A DNA stretch of 24,407 nt from Candidatus Eiseniibacteriota bacterium. GTDB taxonomy: Bacteria > ARS69. The stretch lies in assembly GCA_052390515.1 (NCBI GenBank), contig JBQTGV010000046.1, forward strand, positions 1-24,407. Direction: 5' to 3'. Every line of letters begins with the position of its first letter. The first letter of the stretch is position 1. The notes under the pieces are model-generated. The model was given only the letters and a program-made list of their open reading frames with translations. It did not search any database and was not told the origin of the DNA. Positions 7,597 through 16,900 of the stretch are shown here, piece by piece. The position numbers and the translations under genes were made by a program.

Positions 7597-8082
7597 ATGA
7601 CCGAGCGCCTGCTGACCCGCGTCACCCGCGAGCCGCTCGAGGAGGACGAGCTCCGGCGCTTCGTCCGCACGCCGGCTTCCGGCGCGGTGGTGTCCTTCGC
7701 CGGAGTGGTCAGGAACCACCACGAGGGGCGGGAGGTGACCCGCATTGAGTATGCTGCGGTCATCCCCCTGGCGGAGGCGAAGTTGCGGGATCTGGCTCAG
7801 GAAGCGCTGGAGGATGCCGGCGTCCACCGTGTGGCGGCCGTGCACCGCCTCGGGACGCTCCAGGTCGGCGAGGCCAGTGTGCTGGTCGCCGCCTCGGCCG
7901 CTCACCGCGACGTCGCCTTCCGGGCCGCCCGCCGGCTGATCGACCGGATCAAGGAGGTGCTCCCCGTGTGGAAGAAGGAGCATTTCGCCGACGGAACGGC
8001 GGCGTGGGCGAAGGGCTTCGCCGTCCCGGAGGGGGATCGTGCTTCGCTCCCGCGTGAAGTCGGGGAGGCCCGGCCGTGCTGA
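7597..8082 (+). CDS. moaE: Molybdopterin synthase catalytic subunit
   Basis: GAVVSFAGVVRNHHEG, HRLGTLQVGE, AAHR, IDRIKEVLPVWKKEHF. Confidence 0.95.
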   Translation: MTERLLTRVTREPLEEDELRRFVRTPASGAVVSFAGVVRNHHEGREVTRIEYAAVIPLAEAKLRDLAQEALEDAGVHRVAAVHRLGTLQVGEASVLVAASAAHRDVAFRAARRLIDRIKEVLPVWKKEHFADGTAAWAKGFAVPEGDRASLPREVGEARPC

Positions 8083-9059
8083 TCGACTCCTTCGGACGGG
8101 GCATCGTCAACCTGCGCGTCTCCGTCACCGATCGCTGCAACCTGCGGTGCTTCTACTGCATTCCCGAAGAGAAGGTGGAGTGGCAGCCCCGCGCCGAGAT
8201 CCTCACCTTCGAGGAGATCGCGCGGTTCGTCCGGGTCGTCGCCGGGCTCGGCATCCAGAAGCTGCGCCTGACCGGCGGAGAGCCGCTGGTCCGCAAGGAC
8301 CTTCCGCGGCTCGTGGCCGCGCTCGTCGCCGTCCCGGGGATCGTCGACGTGGGCATGACCACGAACGGCGTCGGGCTCGCGCGGCTGGCCGGGCCGCTGC
8401 GGCAGGCCGGGCTGCGCCGCCTCAACGTGAGCCTGGACACCATCGACCGCGAGCTCTTCGAGAAGCTCACCCGCCGCGACGCGCTCTCCGCCGTGCTCGC
8501 GGGACTGGAGGCCGCCTCGTCCGCGGGCTTCGCGCCGATCAAGATCAACGCGGTCATCGAGCGGGACAGGAACCTGCACGAGGTCATGCCGCTGGCGAAG
8601 CTCGCGCGTGAACGCGGCTTCGTGCTGCGCTTCATCGAGTACATGCCGATCGGGGCGGGGGACGCGTGGTCGCTGCGCGCGGTCGTTTCCAACGCCGAAA
8701 TCCTGGAGATGCTGCGCGGGCTCGGGGAGCTCGAGCCGCTGGCCGAGCCCGATGGGACAGGTCCGGCCGCACGCTGGCGCTGGCGCGACGGGAAGGGCGA
8801 GATCGGCCTCATCGGCAGCGTGACCGAGCCCTTCTGCGACCACTGCAACCGCATCCGCATCACCGCCGACGGCAAGCTGCGCACCTGCCTCTTCTCCGTA
8901 GTGGAGCACGACGTGCGCGCGCTGTTGCGCGGGGGCGGTACCGACGCGGAGATCGCCGACCTGGTCGTCAGGGCGGTGGCGAAGAAGGAGCCGGGCCACA
9001 AGATCGGCCGGCCGGACTTCATCAAGCCCATCCGCACCATGTCGGCGATCGGCGGCTGA
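8076..9059 (+). CDS. moaA: GTP 3',8-cyclase (radical SAM)
   Basis: LRVSVTDRCNLRCFYC, RLTGGEPL, FIEYMP, second cluster FCDHCNRIRITADGKLRTCLF, C-terminal MSAIGG. Confidence 0.97.
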   Translation: MLIDSFGRGIVNLRVSVTDRCNLRCFYCIPEEKVEWQPRAEILTFEEIARFVRVVAGLGIQKLRLTGGEPLVRKDLPRLVAALVAVPGIVDVGMTTNGVGLARLAGPLRQAGLRRLNVSLDTIDRELFEKLTRRDALSAVLAGLEAASSAGFAPIKINAVIERDRNLHEVMPLAKLARERGFVLRFIEYMPIGAGDAWSLRAVVSNAEILEMLRGLGELEPLAEPDGTGPAARWRWRDGKGEIGLIGSVTEPFCDHCNRIRITADGKLRTCLFSVVEHDVRALLRGGGTDAEIADLVVRAVAKKEPGHKIGRPDFIKPIRTMSAIGG

Positions 9060-9070
9060 CCGGGCAGGTC

Positions 9071-9089
9071 GGCCGGTGCGGAACCGGCC
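9071..9089. terminator. GC hairpin between convergent moaA and VWA genes (possible terminator or pause site)
   Basis: GGCCGGT-gcgga-ACCGGCC perfect 7-bp stem. No U-tract on either side. Confidence 0.35.
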
Positions 9090-10184
9090 TCACCAGGTCC
9101 GCGACTTGCGGTTCCTCACGTAATCCACGAACAGGAAGCGGCCGAGCTCATCGAGCCCGGTGTAGTAGGCGCGGCCGCGGTTGATCTCGGTGAGCCGCTG
9201 CACGAAGCTCACCAGGTGGAGATCACGCGCCACCATGAACGTGGTGATGGGGATCCCGCGCCGGCGGCAGATGGTCGCCTCGTCGAGCGTCTTCGCCACG
9301 ATCTTCTCGTCCAGCCCGAAGGAGTTCTTGTAGAGGCGTCCCTCCTCGTGGATGGCGCTGGGCTTGCCGTCGGTGACGAGGAAGATCTGGCGGTTGGGCT
9401 GTCTCCTTCGCGCCAGCATCCGCTGGGCGAGGCGCAGCGCCGCCTTGGTGTTGGTGTGGTACGGGCCGACGGTCACGTAGGGGATGCGGTCGGGGGGAAT
9501 CTCCACCGCGTCGTCGCCGAAGACCGCGACCTCGAGGCTGTCCTTCGGATAGCGCGTGCGGATCAGCTCGAGCAGCCCGAGCGCCACCTCCTTCGCGGGG
9601 GTGATGCGGTCCTCGCCGTAGAGGATCATGCTGTGGCTGATGTCCAGGAGCAGCACGGTCGCGCAGCCGGTGAGATGCTCCTTCTCGTGCACGACCATGT
9701 CGTCCTCGGAGAGCGCGAACTCGTCGAGGCCGACGCGGCGGAAGGCGTTCTCCAGTGTCGGGTTCACGGCGATGTCGAACGGCGCGTCGCCGAAGCGCCA
9801 TTCACGGGTCTCGGCGAGGTTCTCTCCGACACCTCCCTCCGTAGGCGTGCGGTGATCCCCGGCGCCGCCGGCCTTCATCCGCGAGAAGATGCGGTCCAGC
9901 GCGTCCCGGCGGATGCCGCGCTCACCGCGCCGCGTGAGCGCGAGGCGCCCGCGATCATCCTCGGCGACGGCGCCCTCGCGGAGGAGGCGCTCCCGGAAGT
10001 CCCGGGCGGTCGTACCCTCGTCGAAGAAACCGTAGCGTCCGTTCAGCTCTTCCATGCGGCGAAGCGCCGCTTCGACGTCGCCGTCCGTGGCGATCAGCAG
10101 CCAGTTGAAGATCCGCTCCAGGTCGCGGAGCGTGGTGAGCTCCCGCGTCATCCACTCCTGCCACTCGGAGTAGCGGACCCTCAC
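9090..10184 (-). CDS. VWA (MIDAS) domain protein, partner of the upstream AAA+ ATPase, 364 aa
   Basis: GTG at 10184 overlaps the upstream TGA (GTGA). MIDAS motif LLLDISHSM, YHTNT, LVTDGKPS. Confidence 0.92.
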   Translation of the reverse strand: MRVRYSEWQEWMTRELTTLRDLERIFNWLLIATDGDVEAALRRMEELNGRYGFFDEGTTARDFRERLLREGAVAEDDRGRLALTRRGERGIRRDALDRIFSRMKAGGAGDHRTPTEGGVGENLAETREWRFGDAPFDIAVNPTLENAFRRVGLDEFALSEDDMVVHEKEHLTGCATVLLLDISHSMILYGEDRITPAKEVALGLLELIRTRYPKDSLEVAVFGDDAVEIPPDRIPYVTVGPYHTNTKAALRLAQRMLARRRQPNRQIFLVTDGKPSAIHEEGRLYKNSFGLDEKIVAKTLDEATICRRRGIPITTFMVARDLHLVSFVQRLTEINRGRAYYTGLDELGRFLFVDYVRNRKSRTW

Positions 10185-11701
10185 TCGATGCTCTCCATCT
10201 GGCGGAACATGGCGCCGATCATGTCGCGGTAGCCGACGCCGTGGTCCGCATCCTCCTTGGCCAGCATCGAGCACTGGTGCAGCCCGTCGAGGACCAGCTC
10301 CATGTGCAGCGCGAGCTCGCCCGGAGAATCGGGGTGGGCGACGGCGCGTACACACTCCTCCAGCCCGGCGACCCTGCGCAGCGCCGCGAGGTGCTCGTCG
10401 AACGGCGTCTCGTCGGAGAGCGCCAGTGTGTTTCCGGAGGCGAACCACTGCACGACGGACGTGTAGGCCTTCGCCTCGGGCGGTGCAGGCGCGGCGGACG
10501 GCCGCGGCCCCTCGTCCTCTCCGGCGGACCGCCGCCGCCCCTTGGGATGCACGGCCGGATAGAGCGACAGGAATACGTCCCGCACGGCCTTGCCCAGGAT
10601 GTGCCGGGCGACGGTCTCGGCGCCCTCCTGTTCGCCCTCGTGCACCAGCTCGATCTTCCCGGTGACGGCGGTGAGTGCGGCGCGAAGGTCCACGAGGCGC
10701 GGCCAGACCTCCGCTTCACCGGTGACGAGCCCGCGCCGCTCGAGATTGGATACGAGATTCTCCAGGAACGTGATCGTGAGGCGAACGCTCACGCCGGAGT
10801 TCTGGTCGACGAATTCGGAGTGGCGCGCTTGCGTAGCGGCCTCCTCGATGAGATGCCGCACGAGGTCGGGGACGACCACGCGGACGTCCGAGTCGCGCTC
10901 GGCCCACGCCTCTTGCGCGGTGATGCGCACCGCGTCCTCCCGCGTCCTCGGATAGTGCGTGATGATCTGCGAGCCGATCCGATCCTTGAGCGGCGTGATG
11001 ATGTTGCCGCGATGCGTGTAGTCCTCCGGGTTCGCGGTGTACACGAGGAGGAGGTCGAGCGGGAGGCGGACCGGGAAGCCCCGGATCTGAATGTCCTTCT
11101 CCTGCATGAGATTGAGCAGTCCGACCTGGATGCGCGGCTGCAGGTCGGGCAGTTCGTTGATGGCGAAGACGCCGCGGTTCGTGCGCGGGATGATCCCGAA
11201 ATGGATGATCTCCGGATCCGCGTAGGTGCGGCGCTCCGCGGCAGCCTTGATCGGATCGATGTCGCCGATCAGGTCGGCCATGGTCACGTCCGGCGTGGCC
11301 AGCTTCTCGCCGAAGCGCTGTTCGCGCGCAAGCCACGCGACGGGCGTCTCGTCGCCCGCCTCGGCCACGATGCGCCGGGCGCGGGCGCTCACCGCCCGGA
11401 GCGGATCGTCGTTCAGGTCCCCGCCCTGGACCACGGGGACGAGCTCGTCCAGGAACGCGGGCAGGCGGCGCAGGATCCGCGACTTCGCCTGACCGCGGAG
11501 CCCGAGCAGGATGAAGTCGTGCCGCGAGAGCAGCGCGTTCACGATCTGCGGCACGACGGTGCGGTCGTAGCCGACGATCCCGGGGAAGAGATCGCCGCCG
11601 CGGCGAAGCGCGCTGAGCAGGTTCGCCCGGATCTCTTCCTTTACGGTTCGCGAGCGGTATCCGCTCTCCTTCAGCTGACCGAGTGTGGCGGGACGGCTCA
11701 C
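10181..11701 (-). CDS. AAA+ ATPase (MoxR/Mg-chelatase-like clade), 506 aa
   Basis: GTG at 11701 after SD GGGAG. Walker A-like GLRGQAKS, DLIGDIDP, Walker B-like FAINELPDL, sensor TANPEDY, arginine finger PLKDRI. Confidence 0.92.
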   Translation of the reverse strand: MSRPATLGQLKESGYRSRTVKEEIRANLLSALRRGGDLFPGIVGYDRTVVPQIVNALLSRHDFILLGLRGQAKSRILRRLPAFLDELVPVVQGGDLNDDPLRAVSARARRIVAEAGDETPVAWLAREQRFGEKLATPDVTMADLIGDIDPIKAAAERRTYADPEIIHFGIIPRTNRGVFAINELPDLQPRIQVGLLNLMQEKDIQIRGFPVRLPLDLLLVYTANPEDYTHRGNIITPLKDRIGSQIITHYPRTREDAVRITAQEAWAERDSDVRVVVPDLVRHLIEEAATQARHSEFVDQNSGVSVRLTITFLENLVSNLERRGLVTGEAEVWPRLVDLRAALTAVTGKIELVHEGEQEGAETVARHILGKAVRDVFLSLYPAVHPKGRRRSAGEDEGPRPSAAPAPPEAKAYTSVVQWFASGNTLALSDETPFDEHLAALRRVAGLEECVRAVAHPDSPGELALHMELVLDGLHQCSMLAKEDADHGVGYRDMIGAMFRQMESIE

Positions 11702-11815
11702 GAAGTTTCTCCCGAGACGATGATGCAGGGAACTCCCGAGGCTCTGGGAAGTTTCGGGAGCATAGCCTCCGCCGCGCTCCAGGGCCATGCTCGAAGGATT
11801 CGGCCGGGGGCCGCT

Positions 11816-11844
11816 TTGACAGCCCGCCCGGGTTTTCATAGCTT
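11816..11844 (+). promoter_or_regulatory. Sigma70-type promoter TTGACA-N17-TAGCTT for the M48 peptidase and SDR genes
   Basis: Consensus -35 at 11816-11821, 17-nt spacer, -10 at 11839-11844, SD GGGAG 7 nt before TTG 11878. Confidence 0.7.
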
Positions 11845-11877
11845 CGGTCCGGGTCCTGAACCGACGGGAGCGTCCTC

Positions 11878-13017
11878 TTGCGACTGATTCCGCTTCGTAC
11901 CGCCTTCGCCCTCGTGTTCGTGCCCGCGTTCCTCTTCGCGCCGGGCGCGGGCGCTCTTCCTCCCGGCAGCACTCCCCGGGAGCTCGAGATGGGAGCGGAC
12001 GCCAGCCGCGACATCGCCAAGTCGGTCCGGTTCGTGGAGGACGAGGAGAAGCTGGCGAAGCTCGCCGCCATGCTGCGGGAGATCGCCGCCGCGACGGAGC
12101 GGCCCGACATCGAGTACCGCCCGCACATCATCCTATCGCCGCTGGTCAACGCGTTCGTGATTCCGGGCGGATATGTCTACGTGACCACGGCCCTGCTCGA
12201 CGACGTGGAGTCGGACGACGAGCTCGCCGGCGTCCTGGCCCACGAGATCGCGCACAACGTGCAGCAGCACGCGATTCGCAGGATAAGGGAAGCTCCGAAG
12301 GGGCTCGGCCTCCTGCAGCTCGCCTCCATCGCGGCGTTGATCCTGGGCAAGTCTCCGGAGGCGGCGGTGCTCGCGGGAACCGCGGCGAACACGGTGACTG
12401 CGGCGGTCCTCAACGGCCACACCATCGAGATGGAGAAGGAGGCGGACTCCGAGGGGATCCGTTACCTCGCCCGGACGCAGTACAACCCGACCGGGTTCCT
12501 CACGTTCCTCGAGAAGCTCGCGGCGTCGTCCGGCAAGTTCATCGAGGAGGAGCTCGGCATCTACCGCACGCACCCGTTCACGCGGGAGCGCGTGCAGAGC
12601 GCGGAGGACCGCCTGCGCGACCTCGGCGTCCCGGTCCTGCGGCGCCTGGTCACGGCCGCTTCCGTTCCGCGAGCGCGCCCGCTCGTCGTCGACGGCGAGA
12701 CGGTGACCGAGATCGCCTACGGCGAAGAGCGTCTCCTGCTGCTCGCCGGGCACGACGAGCAGCGGTCGGCCGAGGCCATCGAGACGATCACCTGGGCCCT
12801 GGATCACGAGCTGGAGTCGACCCAGATGAAGGTGATCCCGGACCTTCGCGGCGTCGTGTTCGCGCCGGGGGACGGGCCGACGCTCTTCCTAGGGACGGAG
12901 GACGGGCGCGTGAACGGCGCGGGCGAGGCGGTCCTGGCCGGCGGTCTTCGCGAGCGGCTCGCCGCCCTCGTCGCCGGCGAACGCGCTCGCATCCGGGCGA
13001 ACGCGCAGATGCACTAG
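11878..13017 (+). CDS. M48-family zinc metalloprotease with signal peptide and extra C-terminal domain
   Basis: VNAFVIPGGYVYV, ELAGVLAHEIAH, EKEAD, THPFTRERV; N-terminal hydrophobic signal; TTG start with SD. Confidence 0.93.
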   Translation: MRLIPLRTAFALVFVPAFLFAPGAGALPPGSTPRELEMGADASRDIAKSVRFVEDEEKLAKLAAMLREIAAATERPDIEYRPHIILSPLVNAFVIPGGYVYVTTALLDDVESDDELAGVLAHEIAHNVQQHAIRRIREAPKGLGLLQLASIAALILGKSPEAAVLAGTAANTVTAAVLNGHTIEMEKEADSEGIRYLARTQYNPTGFLTFLEKLAASSGKFIEEELGIYRTHPFTRERVQSAEDRLRDLGVPVLRRLVTAASVPRARPLVVDGETVTEIAYGEERLLLLAGHDEQRSAEAIETITWALDHELESTQMKVIPDLRGVVFAPGDGPTLFLGTEDGRVNGAGEAVLAGGLRERLAALVAGERARIRANAQMH

Positions 13018-13044
13018 GGTCGCGGCCGTCGATCGGAGGACCCC

Positions 13045-13833
13045 TTGGATCTCGAGCTGAACGGGAGGCGTGCGCTCGTCGCCGGAGCGAGCGCGGGAAT
13101 CGGCTTCGCAGTGGCGCGGGCGCTGGCGGCGGAGGGCGCGCGAGTGGCCCTCGTCTCGCGGGACCCGGCACGCATCGGGGCGGCGGCCGAGCGAATCCGC
13201 CGCGAGACCGGCGGCGAGGCGCTCCCGCTCACTGCGGATCTGACCGAGGCCGGCGCTCCGGAGCGGGTCGTGACGGAGGCGGCCCGGGGCCTCGGCGGAC
13301 TCGAGATCCTGGTCACGAACGCCGGCGGTCCGCGCCCCGGGAACTTCGGCGACGTCGCCGCGGAGGACTTCGCCAGGGCCTTCGAGCTGACCTTTCGTTC
13401 GGCGGAGCGGCTGATCCGCGCCGCTCTCCCGCACGTCGGCGCCGCGGGTTGGGGCAGGATCGTGTGCCTCACGTCCATCACCGCGAAGGAGCCGCACGAC
13501 GGCCTGGTGCTGTCCAACTGCCTGCGGCCGGCGGTCCACGGACTGGCCAAGAGCCTTTCCCGCAGCGCCGGTCCCGGAATCACCGTGAATTGCGTGTGCC
13601 CCGGGTTCACGGATACGGAGCGCCTCCGTGACCTGGCGGCGGCGCGCGCGTCGAGCACGGCCGCCTCACCGGACTCGGTCTACGCGGCCTGGCGCGCGAG
13701 GATCCCGCGCGGGGAGCTGGGCCGCCCGGAGGAGGTCGCGGCGGCGGTGGCCTTCCTGTGCTCCGGACCGGCCTCGTTCATCAACGGGGCGACCCTGGCG
13801 GTCGACGGAGGCGAATCGCGCCCGCTGCTTTGA
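13045..13833 (+). CDS. SDR-family oxidoreductase (atypical BKR-like subgroup)
   Basis: GASAGIG, LVTNAGGP, ITVNCVCPG, GRPEEVA, VDGG; SD GGAGGA; YxxxK replaced by SNCLR. Confidence 0.93.
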   Translation: MDLELNGRRALVAGASAGIGFAVARALAAEGARVALVSRDPARIGAAAERIRRETGGEALPLTADLTEAGAPERVVTEAARGLGGLEILVTNAGGPRPGNFGDVAAEDFARAFELTFRSAERLIRAALPHVGAAGWGRIVCLTSITAKEPHDGLVLSNCLRPAVHGLAKSLSRSAGPGITVNCVCPGFTDTERLRDLAAARASSTAASPDSVYAAWRARIPRGELGRPEEVAAAVAFLCSGPASFINGATLAVDGGESRPLL

Positions 13834-13859
13834 CCCCTGTCGCCGGCGGCTGCTATCAT
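13830..13859 (+). promoter_or_regulatory. Promoter TTGACC-N18-TATCAT with extended -10 (TGc) for the S8 protease gene
   Basis: -35 at 13830-13835 overlaps the SDR TGA; TGcTATCAT at 13851-13859. Confidence 0.65.
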
Positions 13860-13921
13860 CCGAGCGACATCGCCCGACCGGGACTTCCCCCCACGCCTGC
13901 CGGCACCCACGAGAGGTGAAC

Positions 13922-16900
13922 ATGCTGCTCCGCGTTTCCGCGTTGCGGTCGATCGCGCTCGTCTCGCTGCTGCTCACCCCGGCCACGCCCTTCCGGGCGA
14001 GCGCCTCCCTGCCGGTCGCCGCCGCGCCCGACGCTGCCGCACCCGCGGCCCAGCGTCCCGGCCCCCAGCTTCGCCACCTGGGCAACCGCGTCGAGCGTAC
14101 CGTCCCAAAGGTCACGCCGACGGAGATCCGCCTGGCCAACGGCATCGTGTTCGACACCCGCACCGGCGAACCGCAGGTTCCCGCCCGGCTCCGAGCGGCC
14201 ACCACGGTGGCGCCGGAGGACAGACTCTCCCTCGTCGTGCAGGTCGAGTCGCCGATCGAGTCCGGCTGGGCGGCCCTGCTCGAGGCCGCCGGCGCGCGCG
14301 TGGAGTCGTTCCTGCCCAACTCCGCGTTCCTGGTGCGCGTCGACGCGCGGGACCGGGCGAAGATCGACGCGCTGTCCTTCGTGGAGTGGACCGGCGCATA
14401 CCACCCGGCCTACCGCATCTCCGGTCAGACGGACATGACGCTCCGCTCGGGCCGGGCCGAATACACCGTACTGCTGTTCGACGACGGTGACGCGCGCGCG
14501 GTCTCCGACCACGTCTCCTTCCTGGGAGGGCGGATCGAGGACGCGTCCGACAACGGCATCAACAAGATCCTGCGGCTCGAGCTCGATCGATCCCGCATGG
14601 AGGAGCTGGCTTCCCATCCGGACGTGCAGTGGATCGAGCCGCGGGCACACTTCGAGATCAGCAACTCCAGCGCCCAGTGGGTCGACCAGACGAACGTGCT
14701 CAACGACCGAAAGGTCTGGACCAACGGCATCACCGGTGTCGGCCAGGTCGTCATGGTCGGCGACAGCGGGATCCGCACGACGCATCAGCAGTTCGTCGAC
14801 GCGCTCGTGCCCATCACGACCTACGGGGACTACCCGACGCACCGGAAAATCATCGCCTACCAGCGCGGCGCGCAGCACAACAACGTGGCCTTTGCCGATC
14901 TCCTGTCCGGCCACGGCTCGCACACTGACGGCACGATCGCCGGAAACGACGATGGCATCGGGGCGAGCGCGAACGACGGACTGGCCAAGGGCGCCAAGAT
15001 CTACTTCCTGGACTGCGGGGGGACACCGTCCTCCACCATCTACACTCCCGGTGACCTGAACGAGTACTACGCGGCGGGCTACATCGGGAACGCGGGAGGA
15101 GCGGCGCGGGTCAGCTCGAACAGCTGGGGCGACGGGACCGCCGCGGGCGCCTACACCACGAACTCGATGACCACCGACCAGTTCGCGTGGGAGCACAAGG
15201 ACTTCCTCATCTGCTTCTCCAACGGGAACGCCGGGAGCGCCGGATCCGTGGGGGCACCGGCCACCGCGAAGAACATCCTGTCTTCGGGCGGCACGCTGAA
15301 CGGAACGAGCGCGACCTCGATCTACAGTTCTACGAGTCGAGGACCGACCGACGACGGGCGATACAAGCCCACGGTGTGCAGCCCGGCGAGCAGCCTGACC
15401 TCCGCGTCCGGCTCGTCCGACACCGGCTACGCGGGGCTCTCAGGCACGTCCATGTCCTGCCCGAACCTGGCCGGCTCGGCCACCCTGGTGCGGGATTACT
15501 TCATGCGCGGCTACTACCCGACGGGCGCGGCGGTCGCTGCCAACGAGTTCACGCCGAGCGCCGCGCTGCTCCGCGCGATGATGGTCAACTCCGGCGTCGA
15601 CGACTTCGTCTCGTTCACGTTCCCGGATCACAACATCGGCTGGGGGCGGATCCTGCTGGACAACGTGCTGTTCTTCCCCGGCGACACGCGCCGCACCGTG
15701 GTGCTGGACGAGCCCGACGGCGTCGTCACCGGCGAAGTCCGCGAGTACGAGATCTACGTGGACGGCGCGGCGCAGGACCTCAAGGTGACGCTGGTCTGGA
15801 CGGACGCGCCGAGCACGCCGACCGCCGGAGCCAACCTGGTGAACGACCTGGACCTGGTGGTGAAGGAAGGGGCGACCACGTATCTCGGCAACGTCTGGTC
15901 GTCGGGTCAGTCCCAGACGGGCGGATCGGCCGACGGGATCAACGTCGAGGAGAACGTGCGGCGCACGACGCCCGTGGTCGGGAACTACACGATCGAAGTG
16001 CACGGGGCGAACGTGCCCATGGGCGCGCAGCCGTACGCGCTCGTCGTCTCGGGTAGCCTGGGCGGGGCGGCGGGCGTGCTGACGCTCGATGCCGGAGCCT
16101 ACGAGCCGCTCGGCACGCTCGACATCCGCGTGGAGGACACCGACGCGGGTGGAAGCGTCACCGTGTCCGTCTCGTCGGGTACGGAGAGCTCGCCGGAGAG
16201 CTTCGTCATGGCCGGGGCGAACGGCGTCTACACGGGGAGCTTCCCGCTCACGCTCGACGCCGCATCCAACGGGGACGCGCAGCTCTCGGTCTCCCACGGG
16301 GACCAGGTCACCGTCACCTACTCGGACGCCAGTCCCGCGCACGTCGCGACGACCACCGCCGTCGTCGACACGCACGAGCCGGTGATCACGAACGTGGCGG
16401 CCGATCCCGCCGGCGTGACCGCCGTCGTCACCTGGGACACGGACGTGCACGCGAACTCCCGGATCGAGTACGGCACGACGACCGCGCTGGGGTCGCTCTC
16501 GACGCTCGACGAGGCGCACGTCACGCAGCACAGCCACGAGCTGCAGGGGCTCGTCGAGGAGACGACGTACAACTTCGACGTCCTTTCGGAGGATCCCGCG
16601 GGCAACCTCGTCCGCGACGACTTCGGCGGCCAGCACTACCGCTTCACCACCGGCAGGCGCGCGGACGTGCTCTTCGTGAACGCGGACCCCAACACGACGG
16701 AGGAGGAGGAGAAGTACTACGACGCCTTCGACGCCACCGGCTGGACCTACAACCTATGGGAGAAGCCGCAGGCGGACACGCCCGAGGTCGGGGACCTGAC
16801 CAGCGGCATGCGCTCGTACAAGGCGGTGTGGTGGCAGGTCGGCTGGGAGCAGTACCCGCAGTTCCTCGGACCGGCGCGGGACTCGCTCACCGCGTACCAC

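Noticed and set aside
7335..11701. Ubiquitin-like protein (MoaD) plus AAA+/VWA as a bacterial ubiquitination or degradation system
   Set aside because: MoaD is explained by the adjacent moaE and moaA. There is no E1/E2/JAB gene, and the ATPase pair is on a separate convergent transcript.
13015..13047. M48 TAG stop is in frame with the SDR gene (possible readthrough or pyrrolysine fusion)
   Set aside because: In-frame spacing has a one-in-three chance. The SDR has its own strong SD, and fusing an exported protease to a cytoplasmic NAD(P) enzyme is implausible.
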